64,000 nucleotides of DNA. It comes from Octopus vulgaris. Taxonomy: Eukaryota. The position numbers and the translations under genes were made by a program. The stretch covers positions 54,374,001 to 54,438,000 of the forward strand of contig OX597833.1 in the NCBI GenBank assembly GCA_951406725.2. The letters are read 5' to 3'. The notes under the pieces were generated by a model that worked only from the letters and a program-made list of their open reading frames with translations, made no database searches and was not told where the DNA came from. Positions 41,774-56,717 of the stretch are shown piece after piece. Each line of letters starts with the position of its first letter. The stretch's first letter is position 1.

Positions 41774-41792
41774 CATTATTATTATTATTATA

Positions 41793-41828
<36 letters not shown>
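41488..41828. repeat. (ATT)n microsatellite
   Basis: Read directly. Confidence 0.95.
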
Positions 41829-41876
41829 ACAACAAAAACAACAGCAATATTCTAATCTGATAACAGCAGATTTATT

Positions 41877-43000
<1,124 letters not shown>

Positions 43001-45599
43001 GAGGGGATAGTGATGCTGATGATGATGATGGCAGCAGAGGCAGAGATGATGATGGTGGTTGTTGTTGCTTGTATGGTGGTTGTGGTAGTGGTGCTTGTGG
43101 TTTGTGGTAACAATGATGATGACGGCAACAGCAACGATGATGATGCTGATGATGACGACGATGTTTCTGCTGGTGCTGCTGCTGCTGATGATGATGATGA
43201 TAGCTGTATTGGTGATGGTTGTGGTGCTGATGATGAAGATGATGGTGATGATGATGATGTTGCTGCTGCTACTGATGAGGCCACTGCTGCTGCTGCTACT
43301 AATGATGATGATGATGATGATGATGATGACGATGAGGATGATGATGATGATGATGGTGAGGAGGAGGATGATTATGATGATATCTGTGTTGGTGTTGGTT
43401 GTGGTGGTGATGATGAAGTCGATGGTGATGATGATGACGACAATGATGAAGATGGCGACCACAACGACAACAACAACAACAACAATAACCATGACAACAC
43501 AATGATAACGATGTTGTCGAATACAATTCAGAGACAGAGATAAGAGCTAGAGATAGGATGAAGGTTTGTTTGCCAGACTTGACCATCATCCTGATGTTAG
43601 TGATGCTGGTCCAAAAACCGAAACTACTGATAAAAGGAGTGGATTATAGTAAATGGAAGATAAATATAATAAAAGATAAAAAAATAATAACAAAAATAAC
43701 AAAAAAAAATGGAAAACAAATAGCCGCAGATGAGGAGGGATGCTGTGTGGGAATGGTTGAAAACGAATGGTTACAAGGTTAGAAATATTGAAAAGTTAAC
43801 AAATTTAAAAAGAAAAAATATTTTTTTAAATATATATATATAGGCACAGGGGTGGCTGTGTGGTAAGAAGCTTGCTTACCAACCACATGGTTCCGGGTTC
43901 AGTCCTATTGTGTGGCACCTTGGGCAAGAGTCTTCTAATATAGCCTCGGGCTGACCAAAGCCTTATGAGTGGATTTGACAGACAGAAACTGAATGAAGCT
44001 TGTCGTATGTGTGTGTGTGTGTGTGTGTGTGTAATTTGAAATATAAATGTTAATAAATCATGAAATAAATATTTATTTTTCAAAATGAAAAAAATCTAAC
44101 AGTAAGATGGAAAATAAACTTTAGTTCTGTATACTTCCACTTTATACTTGAAAAGTTTTCTACTTTTTATTAATTGCAAAGTCTTCGATCAAATCCTCAA
44201 AATTAATCATATGTAACACATCTTCTATACTTAGTAGAGAAAGGACATCCCAAATATTATTTTTGTTGTAAGTTTAAAGTAATTTCTTTTATACCATTTA
44301 TGTGGTGCCCCCCCCCAACCGACCTTCCCTTCATGCCCGAAGCACATGCTAATTTTTTTAATGGTTAATCCAGTGTTGATGTAGCTACCTATCACTGTCT
44401 CTCTTTCCCTCCCTACCTCCATCTTTCTTCCCTTTCTCCCCTCTCTCTCATATCTCTCTCCTCTTCTCTCACCCTCCCACTCTCTGCTCCCCCATCTCTC
44501 TCCTCTATAAGTATCATTGTTCCATCACTCTCTCTCTCCCCAATCAACCACCATTTCATAATAAAACACAGTTAAAGAAAATTTAAAATTAGGATTAAAG
44601 ATATAACTTCAGACATATTACGTCAAGAACCAAATGTCTAACACGATAGGCCTTCTGTTGCGAAATTTCAAATTTGATTATGCTTTCTTAAGCTTCAGAA
44701 GTGTTATATACATTACATTCAATAGCAGATTTGATTTGTTGAACACATTTATAAATCATGCAGGTTCGAAACCACTACATTAAATTTAATATGTACGCGT
44801 TAGATGTTACGACAATGCATTGCATTAGAATTTCGAGATGTAGAGCTTCTTAAAAAGCCATTGAGTTAAAACTGAACACGTCAGAAATTAAATTTATAGC
44901 AGAGGGTTCAAAGTCTCGTTTAGTAATGTACTTGTTAGGAATATATGCATATACAGGTATGGTTTATTTCCTTTTTTTCTTAAAGATAATAAAATGATAT
45001 ATTGCGTTAAATATTGGTAAAATGAAGCAATGTTAAGAACAGGATAAGAATTAGAAATTAAAAATATCATAGTTTCCATATATTATATCACATTATATCA
45101 TATTATATTATATTATATTATATTATATTATATTATAGTATATTATATTATATATTATAATAAGAAAGGAGAGACAATTAATCATGAATTTTCTCTATAT
45201 TTCCATTTATATAGATAAACCAGGTTATATATCATAAACTTTCATCGGAACTCCAAGACTTTGTATATTAAAAAGTTGAAGAATAAATTTACTAATATGT
45301 AGAAATATTTTCAGAGTTGGGGAAGCATTTACATAAGCAGTTTACATTCTTCATTATCTTGTGAAACTTATTTAAAGCATTTTGGTGTAAAATTTATGGA
45401 TGCCGGTTAGAGATTCGTTCAGCGTTTTGATTGAGGAAGAGTCGATTTGAAAACATCCGTCGTGTCCTACCGGTCCTGCTGGTTCTATCAACCATCACCA
45501 ACACTGCTGTCACCACCACTACCACCACGATCCCATCACCACCACCATTACCAACACCCTCAACCCCAACCCCAACCCCACCACCATCACTATAAAAAA

Positions 45600-45858
45600 A
45601 TAAATAAATGTGCCCTTTTAAAACCTAGCCAGGCTCATGGGCCCGGTTTCCAGCTTCTATGGCGTATGTGTTCCCCAGCTGGACGGGACATCAGTCCATC
45701 GCAGCGTTACTCATTTTTGTCAGGTGAGTGAACTGGAGCAACGTGAAATGAAGTGTTTTGCTCAAGAACACAATGCATCGCCCGGTCCAGGAATCGAAAC
45801 CACAATCTTACGATCATGATGCTGACACTCTAAGCACTAAGCCACGTGCCTCCTCCAC
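45600..45858 (-). mobile_element. SINE family H
   Basis: Reverse complement of 39997-40255. Confidence 0.85.
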
Positions 45859-46236
45859 CATCACTATACCAAGAACTTTCATCAAAATAATAGTAATACT
45901 GATTTCAAATTTTGGCGCAAGGCCAGCAATTTCAGGGGAAGGGATTAAGTCAATAGCGTTGACCCCAGTACTCAACTGGTACTGGTTTTTATCAACCCAT
46001 GGCTATGATGCTCCTCCACTACTTCTGCTCATGATCAGAGATGCACATATCATCAGCCACTAAGGGACATGCTCAACTGGTTAAGGTCAAACAACTGACA
46101 AGCAAATCTGTGGTATTGAGCAGAATATTTGCTGTAGCCCATCTTTTATACCAAGACAGAACAATGTACATGATGACACTTCCAATCAGTTAAGATCAGA
46201 AGCCATGAGAGCCACTGCCTGGTACTGCATCAGGGC

Positions 46237-46297
<61 letters not shown>

Positions 46298-46349
46298 ATC
46301 ATCATTATCATCGCTATATAACTCTGATTATTATCATAATTATTATTGC

Positions 46350-46392
<43 letters not shown>

Positions 46393-46491
46393 ATCATCAT
46401 CATCATTATCATCGTTATGTGATTCTGATTACATTTTAAGGATAGAAATATATTTTATACATTACATAAGCTTTCTTACATACACTTTTAT

Positions 46492-46523
<32 letters not shown>

Positions 46524-47397
46524 ACACACACACACACGCACTCACACACACAAGCGCACACATGCATACACACTCATACACATATACTCACACACACGCA
46601 ACATACACACATACGTATATATGAGAACGCCTTCTCTTTTACTTATATGTGACGAGCAAGCATTATTATTTATGGTGAGGTTGATAAGAATCAAAAATCA
46701 ACCACATTCAGCATTCAAGCCTATTCCCTCTGAATTACGCAACCAATTGTATGAATATATTTGTGCTGTTAGGAGCAGAAAATAATGAAAAAAAAAAAAA
46801 TACGTAACATTTTTGGACAGAGAGCATCTTAACTTTTACATTTTACAGAATTTTTACTTTGCAGATACAAACATCCAGTGTACCTTTAGATTTGTGTGAT
46901 AAATCATTAATTCTATGACTATCAGAAAATATAGACAGAAATCAACGCTCTTGGCTATCTAAAGTGTGGTTGATTTATCATGCTGTATAGCATTTCAAAT
47001 AATTTACTTTTTATAAAACTCTTGTCAGATCCGTGACAGAAGCTATACATTACAATTTTCTTATTAATTCATCTACGCTATCTTCAGCATGATGTTTGAT
47101 GGTCTGCATACCAACTTGGAGAAGGAATCAACAAGGCCCCGAAAATAAAGTTGCTACGTTGTCGCTCGAGAGACTTGCCAAAAATACTTAGAGGTTATCT
47201 TTCGTTTCTCTATTGTTGTTTGTCTTTTGTTTGTTTCAGTCATTGGACTGTGGCCATGCTGGGGCACCAGTCTGGCAATTTTTAGTCGAACAGATCCCTC
47301 CACCCCACTGAGTAATTATATATTTTTCTTTTTAAGTCCGGTACTTACTCTATCAGTCCCTTTTGTTGAACTGCTAAGTTACAGGGATGTAAACAAT

Positions 47398-47526
47398 CAT
47401 GCGGCCATACATCCCTGAAAGTTTCATCTGAATCTATCCAGCTGTTCTTGAGATATCTTGTCCACGGACAAACAAACAAGCACGACTGAAAACAATACAT
47501 CCACCTTAGCGAAGGTAGAGGTAATA
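47398..47526 (+). mobile_element. Helentron-associated (HINE/DINE-1-like) 3' end
   Basis: AAAGTTTCAT..GAATCTATCCAG..GAGATATC..ACAAACAAAC followed by the terminal hairpin TACATCCACCTT..AAGGTAGAGGTA. Confidence 0.6.
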
Positions 47527-47889
47527 ATAATAATTATCATTATATATGTACATCAATCAAATCAGATAAATCTAATAATGAAAAAGTAATGTTTGAAATC
47601 AGTCCAAAAATGTGTCTCCACGCATTTGTCTTGGTGATGAAGTTTTTGAAGAGGATGTTGAAATGCTTCAGCTTCCTTTTCAAGAGTTCCTTTCTCTAAT
47701 CAGTCTCACCTATGTTCCCCAGCATAGAGGAATTCTTTGGTGCTTGGATAATTCACCTTGGGAAATATGGCTGCTTCATTCATCATTCTTAAGCAACCTT
47801 TATTCAGGGACCTATGGAGCAGAATGGACTACTCAACCTGCTGAAAATTCTAACTGGGCCCCACCAGCAAGGTCATGTGCTGTTACTCT

Positions 47890-48586
47890 TTTCCCTATTC
47901 ACCATCTTCGGAACTTGACATTTTTATAGAGAACCCATTTCACATTACCAGTTACTATTCGGTGCAAAAAAGGTTCATTCGTGAAATGTGACAGCAAAGA
48001 AGAGCACAGGTTAACTCTCAGCATAAGATTAGAATCGGAAAGTGTTTGAGGAACACACAGACCCACTTTGCTGACTTTTCCGATGACACGCAAGTATCAC
48101 TGAATGGTTGAATGACCAAATCTAAGCTTCTCTGCTAGTTCCTCAACAGTTATGATGGGATTTTGTTCCACCAGCGTTTGCAGAATGTCCTCGTCGAGCT
48201 CCACAGATCTTGCAGGACGAGATTCGTCATTTTGGCTGTAGTTTCCGGTTCAGAATTTCTGGAATCATCGTTTACACTGGCTTACGCTTATTGTTCGATC
48301 CCCATATACTGCATTGATATTCCTCACACTTTCAATTGCGTTCTTGCCTTTATTGAACTCATAAAACAAAACATGCCAATATGTTCCTTAGTTATTTTCA
48401 TTATGGCTTTGAGAAAAATAACTGTAAAAATCGAAATGCACTCTTCAAAACTTGCATTAAGAATAAGCACAAGGTAAAATTACTACCTGCTTTTATAATA
48501 AGTTGATGCAGGTAGTTTATCCCATCCCCATCCGACTTTTAGTTAATGCAATTGAAAAACCGCATTATTTACGGGATGGCTCAATA
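47890..48586 (-). pseudogene. Degraded mariner transposase, N-terminal half
   Basis: GKVSKVGLCVPQTL..FLHRIVTGNVKWVLY corresponds to the WVPHEL and IVTGDEKW motifs. Confidence 0.85.
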
Positions 48587-48587
48587 T

Positions 48588-49068
48588 CATTAGTTTGGCA
48601 AGGAAGTAATTTCGTTTTTTTTTTCTTTTGGCAAATTGACAGAGTTACAATTTTTTTTAATGACTTTTGTCAATGTTATGATTTTTTTCCCTTTGATATG
48701 TGACAGCTGTTACTTTTAGCTTACTTTAGAAGCAAATTGTGTATAATTTTGTTTACAGTTGTTAGTTCAGCGTCAATTTTAACATGGAGTGCAAAAACGA
48801 ACATCTTTGCCATATTTTGCTTTTTCTTTTATTTCCGTAAAGGCAAGAAAGCTGCTGAGGGTCACAACGAGATATGTGAAGTTTATGGTATTGGTTGCTT
48901 AACAGAACGCACATGTCAGAAATGGTTTAAAAAAAAATTCCAGTCTGGAGATTTTTCACTGAAAGTTGACTAACGTTCTGGAGACCTACTGACGTTGATG
49001 ACTGAATCAAAGCCATAATTGAATCTGATTGTCATATAACTGTGCAAGAGATTGCAGACAAGTTAAAT
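48588..49068 (+). pseudogene. Mariner 5' end (TIR plus HTH region), frameshifted
   Basis: TIR-like TTAGTTTGGCAAGGAAGTAATTTCGTTTTT, then MECKNEHL..FRKGKKAAE..ICEVYG..TERTCQKWFKK..SGDFSL. Confidence 0.85.
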
Positions 49069-49152
49069 GCTCTAACCGCTGAGCCATGTGCCTCCACACA
49101 TACATACATACAGACATATATATGAATGTATGTATGTCTGTATATAAATATC

Positions 49153-49767
49153 TCTTTACTCTGTTACTCTTTTACTTGTTTCAGTCATTTGACTGCGGCC
49201 ATGCTGGAGCACCGCCTTTAGTCGAGCAAATCGACCCCGGGACTTATTCTTTGTAAGCCCAGTACTTATTCTATCGGTCTCTTTTGCTGAACTGCTAAGT
49301 TACGGGGACGTAAACACACCAGCATCGGTTGTCAAGCAATGCTAGGGGGACAAACACACAAACACACACACATACACACATATATATATATAGGTGTAGG
49401 AGTAGCTGTGTGGTAAGTAGCTTGCTCAATAACCACCACATGGTTCAGGTTCAGTCCCACTACGTGGCACTTTGGGCAAGTGTCTTCTACTATAGCCCCG
49501 GGCCGACCAAAGCCTTGTGAGTGGATTTGGTAGACGGAAACTGAAAGAAGCCTGTCGTGTATATGTATATATATATATGTGTGTGTTTGTGTGTCAGTGT
49601 TTGTCCCCGCAACATCGCTTGACAACAGATGCTGGTGTGTTCATGTCCCCGTAACTTAGCGGTTCGACAAAAGAGACCGATAGAATAAGTACTAGGCTTA
49701 CAAAGAATAAAGGCAGTGCTCCAGCATGGCCGCAGTCAAATGACTGAAACAAGTAAAAGAGTAAAGA

Positions 49768-49816
<49 letters not shown>

Positions 49817-50156
49817 GGGGTTCTTTCTGTTTCTGCCTACCAAATCCACTCACAAATCTTTGGTCAGCTGTAGTGGAAGACATTTTTCCACAGTGCCTTC
49901 GGAGAGGTTGAACCTACAAATCATGTGACTGCTTATTGATTGTTTAATCAATAAACATTCTTTTTTTTACTCTTTTATTTGTTTCAGTCATTTGACTGTG
50001 GCCATGCTGGAGCATTGCCTTTAGTTGAACAAACCGACCCCAGGACTCATTCTTTGTAAGCCTATTACTTATCGGGCTCTTTTGCTGAACTACTAAGTTC
50101 TGGGTTGTCAAGCAATGGTGCAGGGGGGGGGGGGACAAACACAGACACACAACACA

Positions 50157-50189
<33 letters not shown>

Positions 50190-51035
50190 TTGTATGTATA
50201 TGTATGTATTTATATATGACAGGCTTCTTTCAGTTTCCGTCTACCAAATCCACTCACAAAGCTTTGGTTGGCCTGAGGCTATAGTAGAAGACACTTGCCC
50301 AAGGTGCCGTGCTGTGGGACTGAACCCAGAATCATGTGGTTAGTAAGCAACTACTTACCATACAGCCACTCCTGTGCCTATTTGTGGGAAAGTCTTCACA
50401 AATTCAATCAGTATATAAGAAACAGCAGAATACTATCAGTTTTCATTTCAATTCTTGAAAGTGAGACTGTGAAGTTCTAGAAACGTCAGATACAGATTTA
50501 GGAACTGCACTGTTCCAAACGAACAGAAAAAGGCTAACGAGAAAATATGGAAAATATAAAGTAAAGATAGAACTCAGACACAGTCGTGCATCTAACAGAA
50601 CAAGCATCTATCTATATATATATACTCTTTTACTCTTTACTCTTTTACTTGTTTCAGTCATTTGACTGCGGCCATGCTGGAGCACCGCCTTTAGTCGAGC
50701 AAATCGACCCCGAGACTTATTCTATGTAAGCCCAGTACTTATTCTATCGGTCTCTTATGCCGAACCGCTAAGTGACAGGGACGTAAACACACCAGCATCG
50801 GTTGTCAAGCAATGCTAGGGGGACAAACACAGACACACAAACATACACACACATATATATATATACATATATACGACAGGCTTCTTTCAGTTTCCGTCTA
50901 CCAAATCCACTCACAAGGCTTTGGTCAGCCCGAGGCTATAGCAGAAGACACTTGCCCAAGATGCCACACAGTAGGACTGAACCCGGAACCATGTGGTTGG
51001 TTAGCAAGCTACTTACCACACAGCCACTCCTGCGC

Positions 51036-51037
<2 letters not shown>
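49153..51037. mobile_element. Cluster of five SINE family A copies or parts
   Basis: 49153-49360 (-), 49392-49768 (+), 49815-49930 (-), 49960-50380 (-) and 50625-51037 (-). Confidence 0.9.
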
Positions 51038-51096
<59 letters not shown>

Positions 51097-51679
51097 TATA
51101 TACCCATATGATGAGATGTATGAATGTGTGTGTGTGTGTGTGTGTGTATGCATGGGTATATATATGTGTGTCTGATGTATGTGCAGGGGAAAAAGAGAGA
51201 GAGGGAGAAAGACAGAAAAGAGCATTAAATAGATGTGTGTTTATATATATATGTGTGTGCATGAGTGTGTATGTATACACACACACGCACATACACATAC
51301 ACACACACACACAAGCACACACATAGACACACATGCTCAGACGGAGTCACAGCCACATACCTATTTATCTGTCGGTATATATATATATATATTTATAGAC
51401 GTCTATGCACATATACATATTTACATACACACACACACACACATGTACACACATATATATATATATACATATATTTTTGCAAGTATAAATTGTATGCACT
51501 CGTGTTTCAGATATTTACATAATTCTGTCATAAATATTAAAGACAACAGAGACAAATGCAACATTCCCTGACTGGCGATCTCAAACAAGAAAATGCTTAC
51601 ATACATACATACACATATATATATACATATATATATATATACATGTATATATACATGTGTATGTGTGTTTGTATGTTTT

Positions 51680-51711
<32 letters not shown>

Positions 51712-51787
51712 CACACGTACATACATACATGATTGCATACATACATAAATATACATATACATATATATACATGCGTGTATGTGGGAT

Positions 51788-51835
<48 letters not shown>

Positions 51836-52234
51836 CATACATATATAAATATATAAATATATATATATATATACACACACACGCACGTGCATACATATAT
51901 ACATACATGCATGCATACATATATAAATATACTTATATATACATGTGTGTATGTGTGTTTGTGGGTTTGTGTACATATATATGTGTGTGTGTGCATGTAT
52001 GTATGTATATATATATATACACAAACACACAAACACACATGTATACATATGTATATTTATGTGTGTATGTATGTATATGTATATATAGAGGTAGATATAC
52101 AGATAGCTTGACATACAAATAGATAGATAGATAGATAGACAGACAGATATATACATACATACATACATACATACATACATACATACATACATAAATACAT
52201 ACATACATGCATACATAAATACATACACACAAGC

Positions 52235-52265
<31 letters not shown>

Positions 52266-52775
52266 TGTATGTATGTATGTATGTATATATGTATGTATAG
52301 ACAGCTCAGTTTACTGCCAGCTATGAACTTTGTCAGTGATATGGTACTGAAGTGTGTCCATCTTTCTAGATGAAGCATCCTGTGTTTTCTTTCCATTCAT
52401 CGACAATGTTTGTGTTTCTTATATAGTTAATCAATGTTGGTGGTTTGTAGAATCTGTGTTGAAGTTAAGGAAATTGATATTATACAATAATAATAATAAC
52501 AACAACAACAACAACAGCAACAACAAAAGCGTGATATTGTGTATTTTATTTGACAATATGATATCTCATATAACAACAATGATGCGGTAACAGATGTGTA
52601 TGTGTAGGAAGAGGATATCATTTAGTATATAATGACAGCCACATTATTATGTGATATAACAACAGTAACAACATGATATTATTTATTATATAACATGTTA
52701 GCATTTGATATATGTAGAATAAAAACTGCAACATTGTATCATGTAGCATATTGCAACAATATCTTATATATTATA

Positions 52776-54112
52776 CAGGGTGGCGACAAAGTCACGTACC
52801 ATGGAAGATATCAGATATGCTTTATTAGCAATGAAGTGAGCAATCAATTTCAAATGTTCAAAGTGTTGGCCATGAAGCTCTAAACAAGAGTTCATATGGA
52901 ATTTGATAAGATGTATTTGAAGGATCTTGGGAATAAGAAGTATGCTAGCAGTCCCCAGCCGCAGGTATATCCCTGTTGGGAGAACGTCTTGTTTGCCGTA
53001 GATTTTCCACAGATGCAGGGACAGGACGGGTTGAATTTGCTGGTTGCCGGATCAGACGCTTCTGCTCACCAGAGCCCCATTATCCAGGTGCGACCCCGAT
53101 ACCGCTGGGTGTCAGAACAATCTGCCTTGGGTGGCCCTACCAGAAACCAAAGTCTCCGACGGCATAGCTCTGACATTCCCGTTTCACCCCCTTACTACGA
53201 TGAGGAGGGGTTGGACTTTAGGGTGGGGGGAAAATTCATCTACGAAGCAATTGCCCCAGCTCCCCTTCAGGGTTGGTGAAAGCGATGTGATAGACAACGA
53301 AAAACCTGGCTGATGACTGTCAAGGCTGATCTGGAACCCAACCTAGGCCCCCATGTCTACAGCGTTCGCTGCTGGAATAGGGAGTGGCTGGAGATCATGC
53401 AGTCATTAGCCTCAAATCACCAGGTCTGGTTGGCGTTTGTGAGAGATGCAGCATTGAGGATGAATGAAGCCAGCTCAACCCACCCTGGGTGAATGCTGTC
53501 TCAAGACAAGAAGAAGAAGAAGATATGGAATTTGAAATTGTGATGAAACTTCTCAAATAGGTCTTCATTGCCGTTGACTTGTTCAAACGCTTCAAGAATT
53601 CTTTGAAGAAGATTCTTTGGTCACGAATCTTTGAATCTTTTCAGAATACAAAAGGGATCTAATGTAGACCCAGAAGAAAAATTCCATGGGAGTTAAATCT
53701 GGTGACCATGGTGCCCATTCAATTGGCCTGCAATGCCCAAGCCATCTCCCTGGAAAATGTTCATTCAGAAAATCACGAACCCCTAATTCGTAATGGAGTG
53801 AAGTGCCATCCTGCTGAAACCAGACAGGATTACCCCTTCCAAGTGAATGCATGTGAGGCATCATCTCGTTGCCAAGCATGTCCAGATAGGAATCACCTGT
53901 CACAGAGCTCTCAAGATAAAAGGGTCCAATTACTTGATTGTGCCAAAACCCACACCACACCATTACCTCGGTCTCACCTAGTTGATTATCTGCCTCCATC
54001 CAATGAGGATTGGTTGTGAGCAATATTGGCATTTGTGAAAAGAGATAAAAAAAGAAGAGAATGTTAGCAATTTCACATTTGGCAGGATGATGCATGACTT
54101 TATGGCCACCCT
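52776..54112 (-). mobile_element. DD41D-type (rosa/Visitor) Tc1/mariner remnant
   Basis: TIRs CAGGGTGGCGACAAAGTCA / TGACTTTATGGCCACCCTG. ORF 53592-54095 reads VMVWCG..FQQDG..WAPWSPDLTPMEFFFW with 41-residue spacing. Confidence 0.85.
52907..53522 (+). mobile_element. Short RTE-type non-LTR insertion with 13-bp TSD
   Basis: TSD ATATGGAATTTGA at 52894-52906 and 53523-53535 and a (GAA)n tail. The 3' part reads RQRKTWLMTVKADL..WNREW..LASNHQVWLAFVRD. Confidence 0.8.
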
Positions 54113-54362
54113 GTTGCTGTCACTAGTATTCACTCCAAACACCATGATGTTGACTGGATGTTTGATTTTTATCAATCTTGGTACATTTTTGGGGGACACA
54201 GCAAACACTCAGATTGACACTCAAACACCCAAAAACAAATAAAGGAAAAGGAAAGAAATTAAAGATAATGGCGGTGCCCCAGCATGGCCACAGCTTGTGA
54301 GCTGAAACTAGATTAAAATTAAAAAAAATATAAAGTGACAACAATTTACCCATTGTACCCTG
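54113..54362 (-). mobile_element. Tc1/mariner (maT-like) fragment
   Basis: KHPVNIMVFGVNTSD motif and TIR-like end TTACCCATTGTACCCTG|TA. Confidence 0.55.
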
Positions 54363-55172
54363 TATATATTCATACACACACACATAACAAGAGTACAACA
54401 ACAGCAGTATGATATCATATGATATAACAAAAACATATCACTTGAAATATAGAAATATATTATATTATATAACAATACTATGATATTATAGAATATAACA
54501 TGATGTTATGTATCCTATAAAACAACAGCAGTAACTTGATATCATATACCATATAGCAACAAAATATATCATATAAAATACATAATAATTATATATCACA
54601 TGTCAACAAAAGCATGACATAATATCTAGAAATGTGATATAATTAAATATCAACAATATCACTTAATATATAGATACTTCATATATTTCATATAGCGACA
54701 GTAGCAGTGATACTAAATATTACATGATAACAAAGTTGTGATAGCATATGTTATAGTTCCTAGAAGCATGATATTGTATATAACAAAACAGTAGTATGAT
54801 AAAGTGTAGCAATAACGTATAAACATGATATCACATATTGTATAACAACAAAACAGATTATGAATATGATATAAAAAAGAACATGATAGCATATATCATA
54901 TAACATGCAGTGACATATTACATGTTAAATAACAGCAATGCTATGACATTATTATAACATGCAATGAAAAGGATATCCTGTATTACATGAATGTAAAACA
55001 CAGTATCATATAGCTATGAAAAATCCCATATATGAAATATAACAGGTCTTGAATGGCGCAAGAATGCAGAGTGAACTATAATAACTGTTAAAATTTTGTC
55101 TGTTATGATATAATATTTCAGACTATAAAAAATCCCTTCAGATATCGCTGGGAAATTATCTATCTATATATA

Positions 55173-55708
55173 CAGGGTGTCCCAAAAAAATGTATACACT
55201 TGCTGCAACAGTCTGTCATGCCAAGCATTAGAGAGGACTTTGAACAGGAAGAGTTTTATTTCCAGCAAGATTGGGCACCTCCACACTACCATCGCGACGT
55301 TAGATCCTTTCTTGATGGGATCTTGCCAAACAGGTGGATTGGACGGAGAGGTTTTGTCGAATACCCTCCACGTTCACCAGACCTCACACCACTAGACTTC
55401 TTTTTATGAAGATACCTAAAGGACAAAGTCTACGCACAGAAACCTGCAACAGTCGTTCAATTGAGGGCAACCATTGAACATGAATGTACGAATATCCCAA
55501 GGGAATTGTTCCATGATGTGTGCCATTCCATCGCTTCGCGTTGTCAGCAGTGTCTGGAGCAGAACGGACATCAGTTTGAGAACATGCGATAACAAGACAA
55601 TAGAATGATATTTGTAAATTCTTTTACATGTTGAAAATAATTCGAATTATAATAAACCCCAAATTTACAATTATTTAAGGTGTGTATACATTTTTTTGGG
55701 ACACCCTG
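55173..55708 (+). mobile_element. Internally deleted DD41D element with intact TIRs
   Basis: TA|CAGGGTGTCCCAAAAAAATGTATACAC...GTGTATACATTTTTTTGGGACACCCTG|TA. Reads FQQD(41 aa)DFFL*RYLKDKVY..CLEQNGHQFE. Confidence 0.92.
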
Positions 55709-55778
55709 TATATTTGGAGTGTTTGGGAAATTTCTTGATACAGTTATGATATTTGGAGAGATTTTTTTCTCAAAGAGT

Positions 55779-56140
55779 TGGCTGTGTGGTAAGTAGCTTG
55801 CTAACCAACCACATGGTTCCGGGTTCAGTCCCACTGCGTGGCATCTTGGGCAAGTGTCTTCTGCTATAGCCCCGGGCTGACCAATGCCTTGTGAGTGGAT
55901 TTGGTAGACGGAAACTGAAAGAAGCCTGTCGTATATATGTATATATATATATGTGTGTGTGTGTCTGTTTTTGTCACCCTAGCATTGCTTGACAACCGAT
56001 GCTGGTGTGTTTATGTCCCCGTTACTTAGCGGTTCGGCAAAAGAGACCGATAGAATAAGTACTGGACTTACAAAGAATAAGTCGACTAAAGGTGGTGCTC
56101 CAGCATGGCCGCAGTCAAATGACTGAAACAAGTAAAAGAG
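55779..56140 (+). mobile_element. SINE family A
   Basis: Head, linker and tail present. Confidence 0.9.
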
Positions 56141-56187
56141 TATTGAGAAAAGAACCTTTTTAGGTTCTTTTCTCAATCTATATATAT

Positions 56188-56684
56188 AGATGTAAAACAT
56201 GGTAAATGTTTTTATTTTTCATTCCCTTCGAAATTACTCTTAAATGTGGTTTGGAATTTTTTGACTGTTCCTTCTAGTATGTAAGGCAACCTGTTAAGGC
56301 TCACCCCTTTTGTGTTTAAATGTACATTAATTTTTATATGATAAATATGTCTATTGACTTTGTATACATGCTAAGCCAGTAGAAAAAATTTCTATAATTT
56401 TTCCTACCCTATATTAATTTTAAGAAATGATTTTAGCAATTTCTGAAGTTTAATCGGAATTTTTATTTGCTGCCGATTGAATCTGTGCTTGGGCAGAGGA
56501 TTTGAAAAATTATAATATATAAGGATGAGACACGTGTTATTTTGTCTCTAATTTATATGTTAATGTTTTGGCACATCCGCTGATGAGAACTTCGCCTTGC
56601 AAATTATTTTATTTGCTAATTAAAGTTCGAAACCTAAGGTCCAGCTGTAAAACATGGTAAATGTTTTTATTTTTCATTTCCTTC
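56188..56684 (+). mobile_element. 455-bp hammerhead-bearing unit with terminal direct repeat
   Basis: 39-bp direct repeat at 56191-56229 and 56646-56684, with an HHR at 56577-56645. Confidence 0.8.
56577..56645 (+). ncRNA. Type I hammerhead ribozyme (stem I partly decayed)
   Basis: CCG-CTGATGA-GAACTT..GCAAAT/ATTTGC..AAGTTC-GAAA-CCTAAGGTC^CAG, GUC triplet. Confidence 0.75.
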
Positions 56685-56717
56685 ATATGTCTATTTTTGT
56701 ATTGTTATTTTGATGTA

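Noticed and set aside
50450-50492. Possible decayed hammerhead (..GAAACGTCAGA)
   Set aside because: The 5' core cannot be registered with stem I, so it is too degenerate to call.
52896-53313. 127-aa and overlapping GC-rich ORFs
   Set aside because: They fall within the TSD-bounded retroelement insert and show no protein motif.
53306-53340. CTGATGA motif
   Set aside because: Lies in RTE coding remnant with no GAAA or stems.
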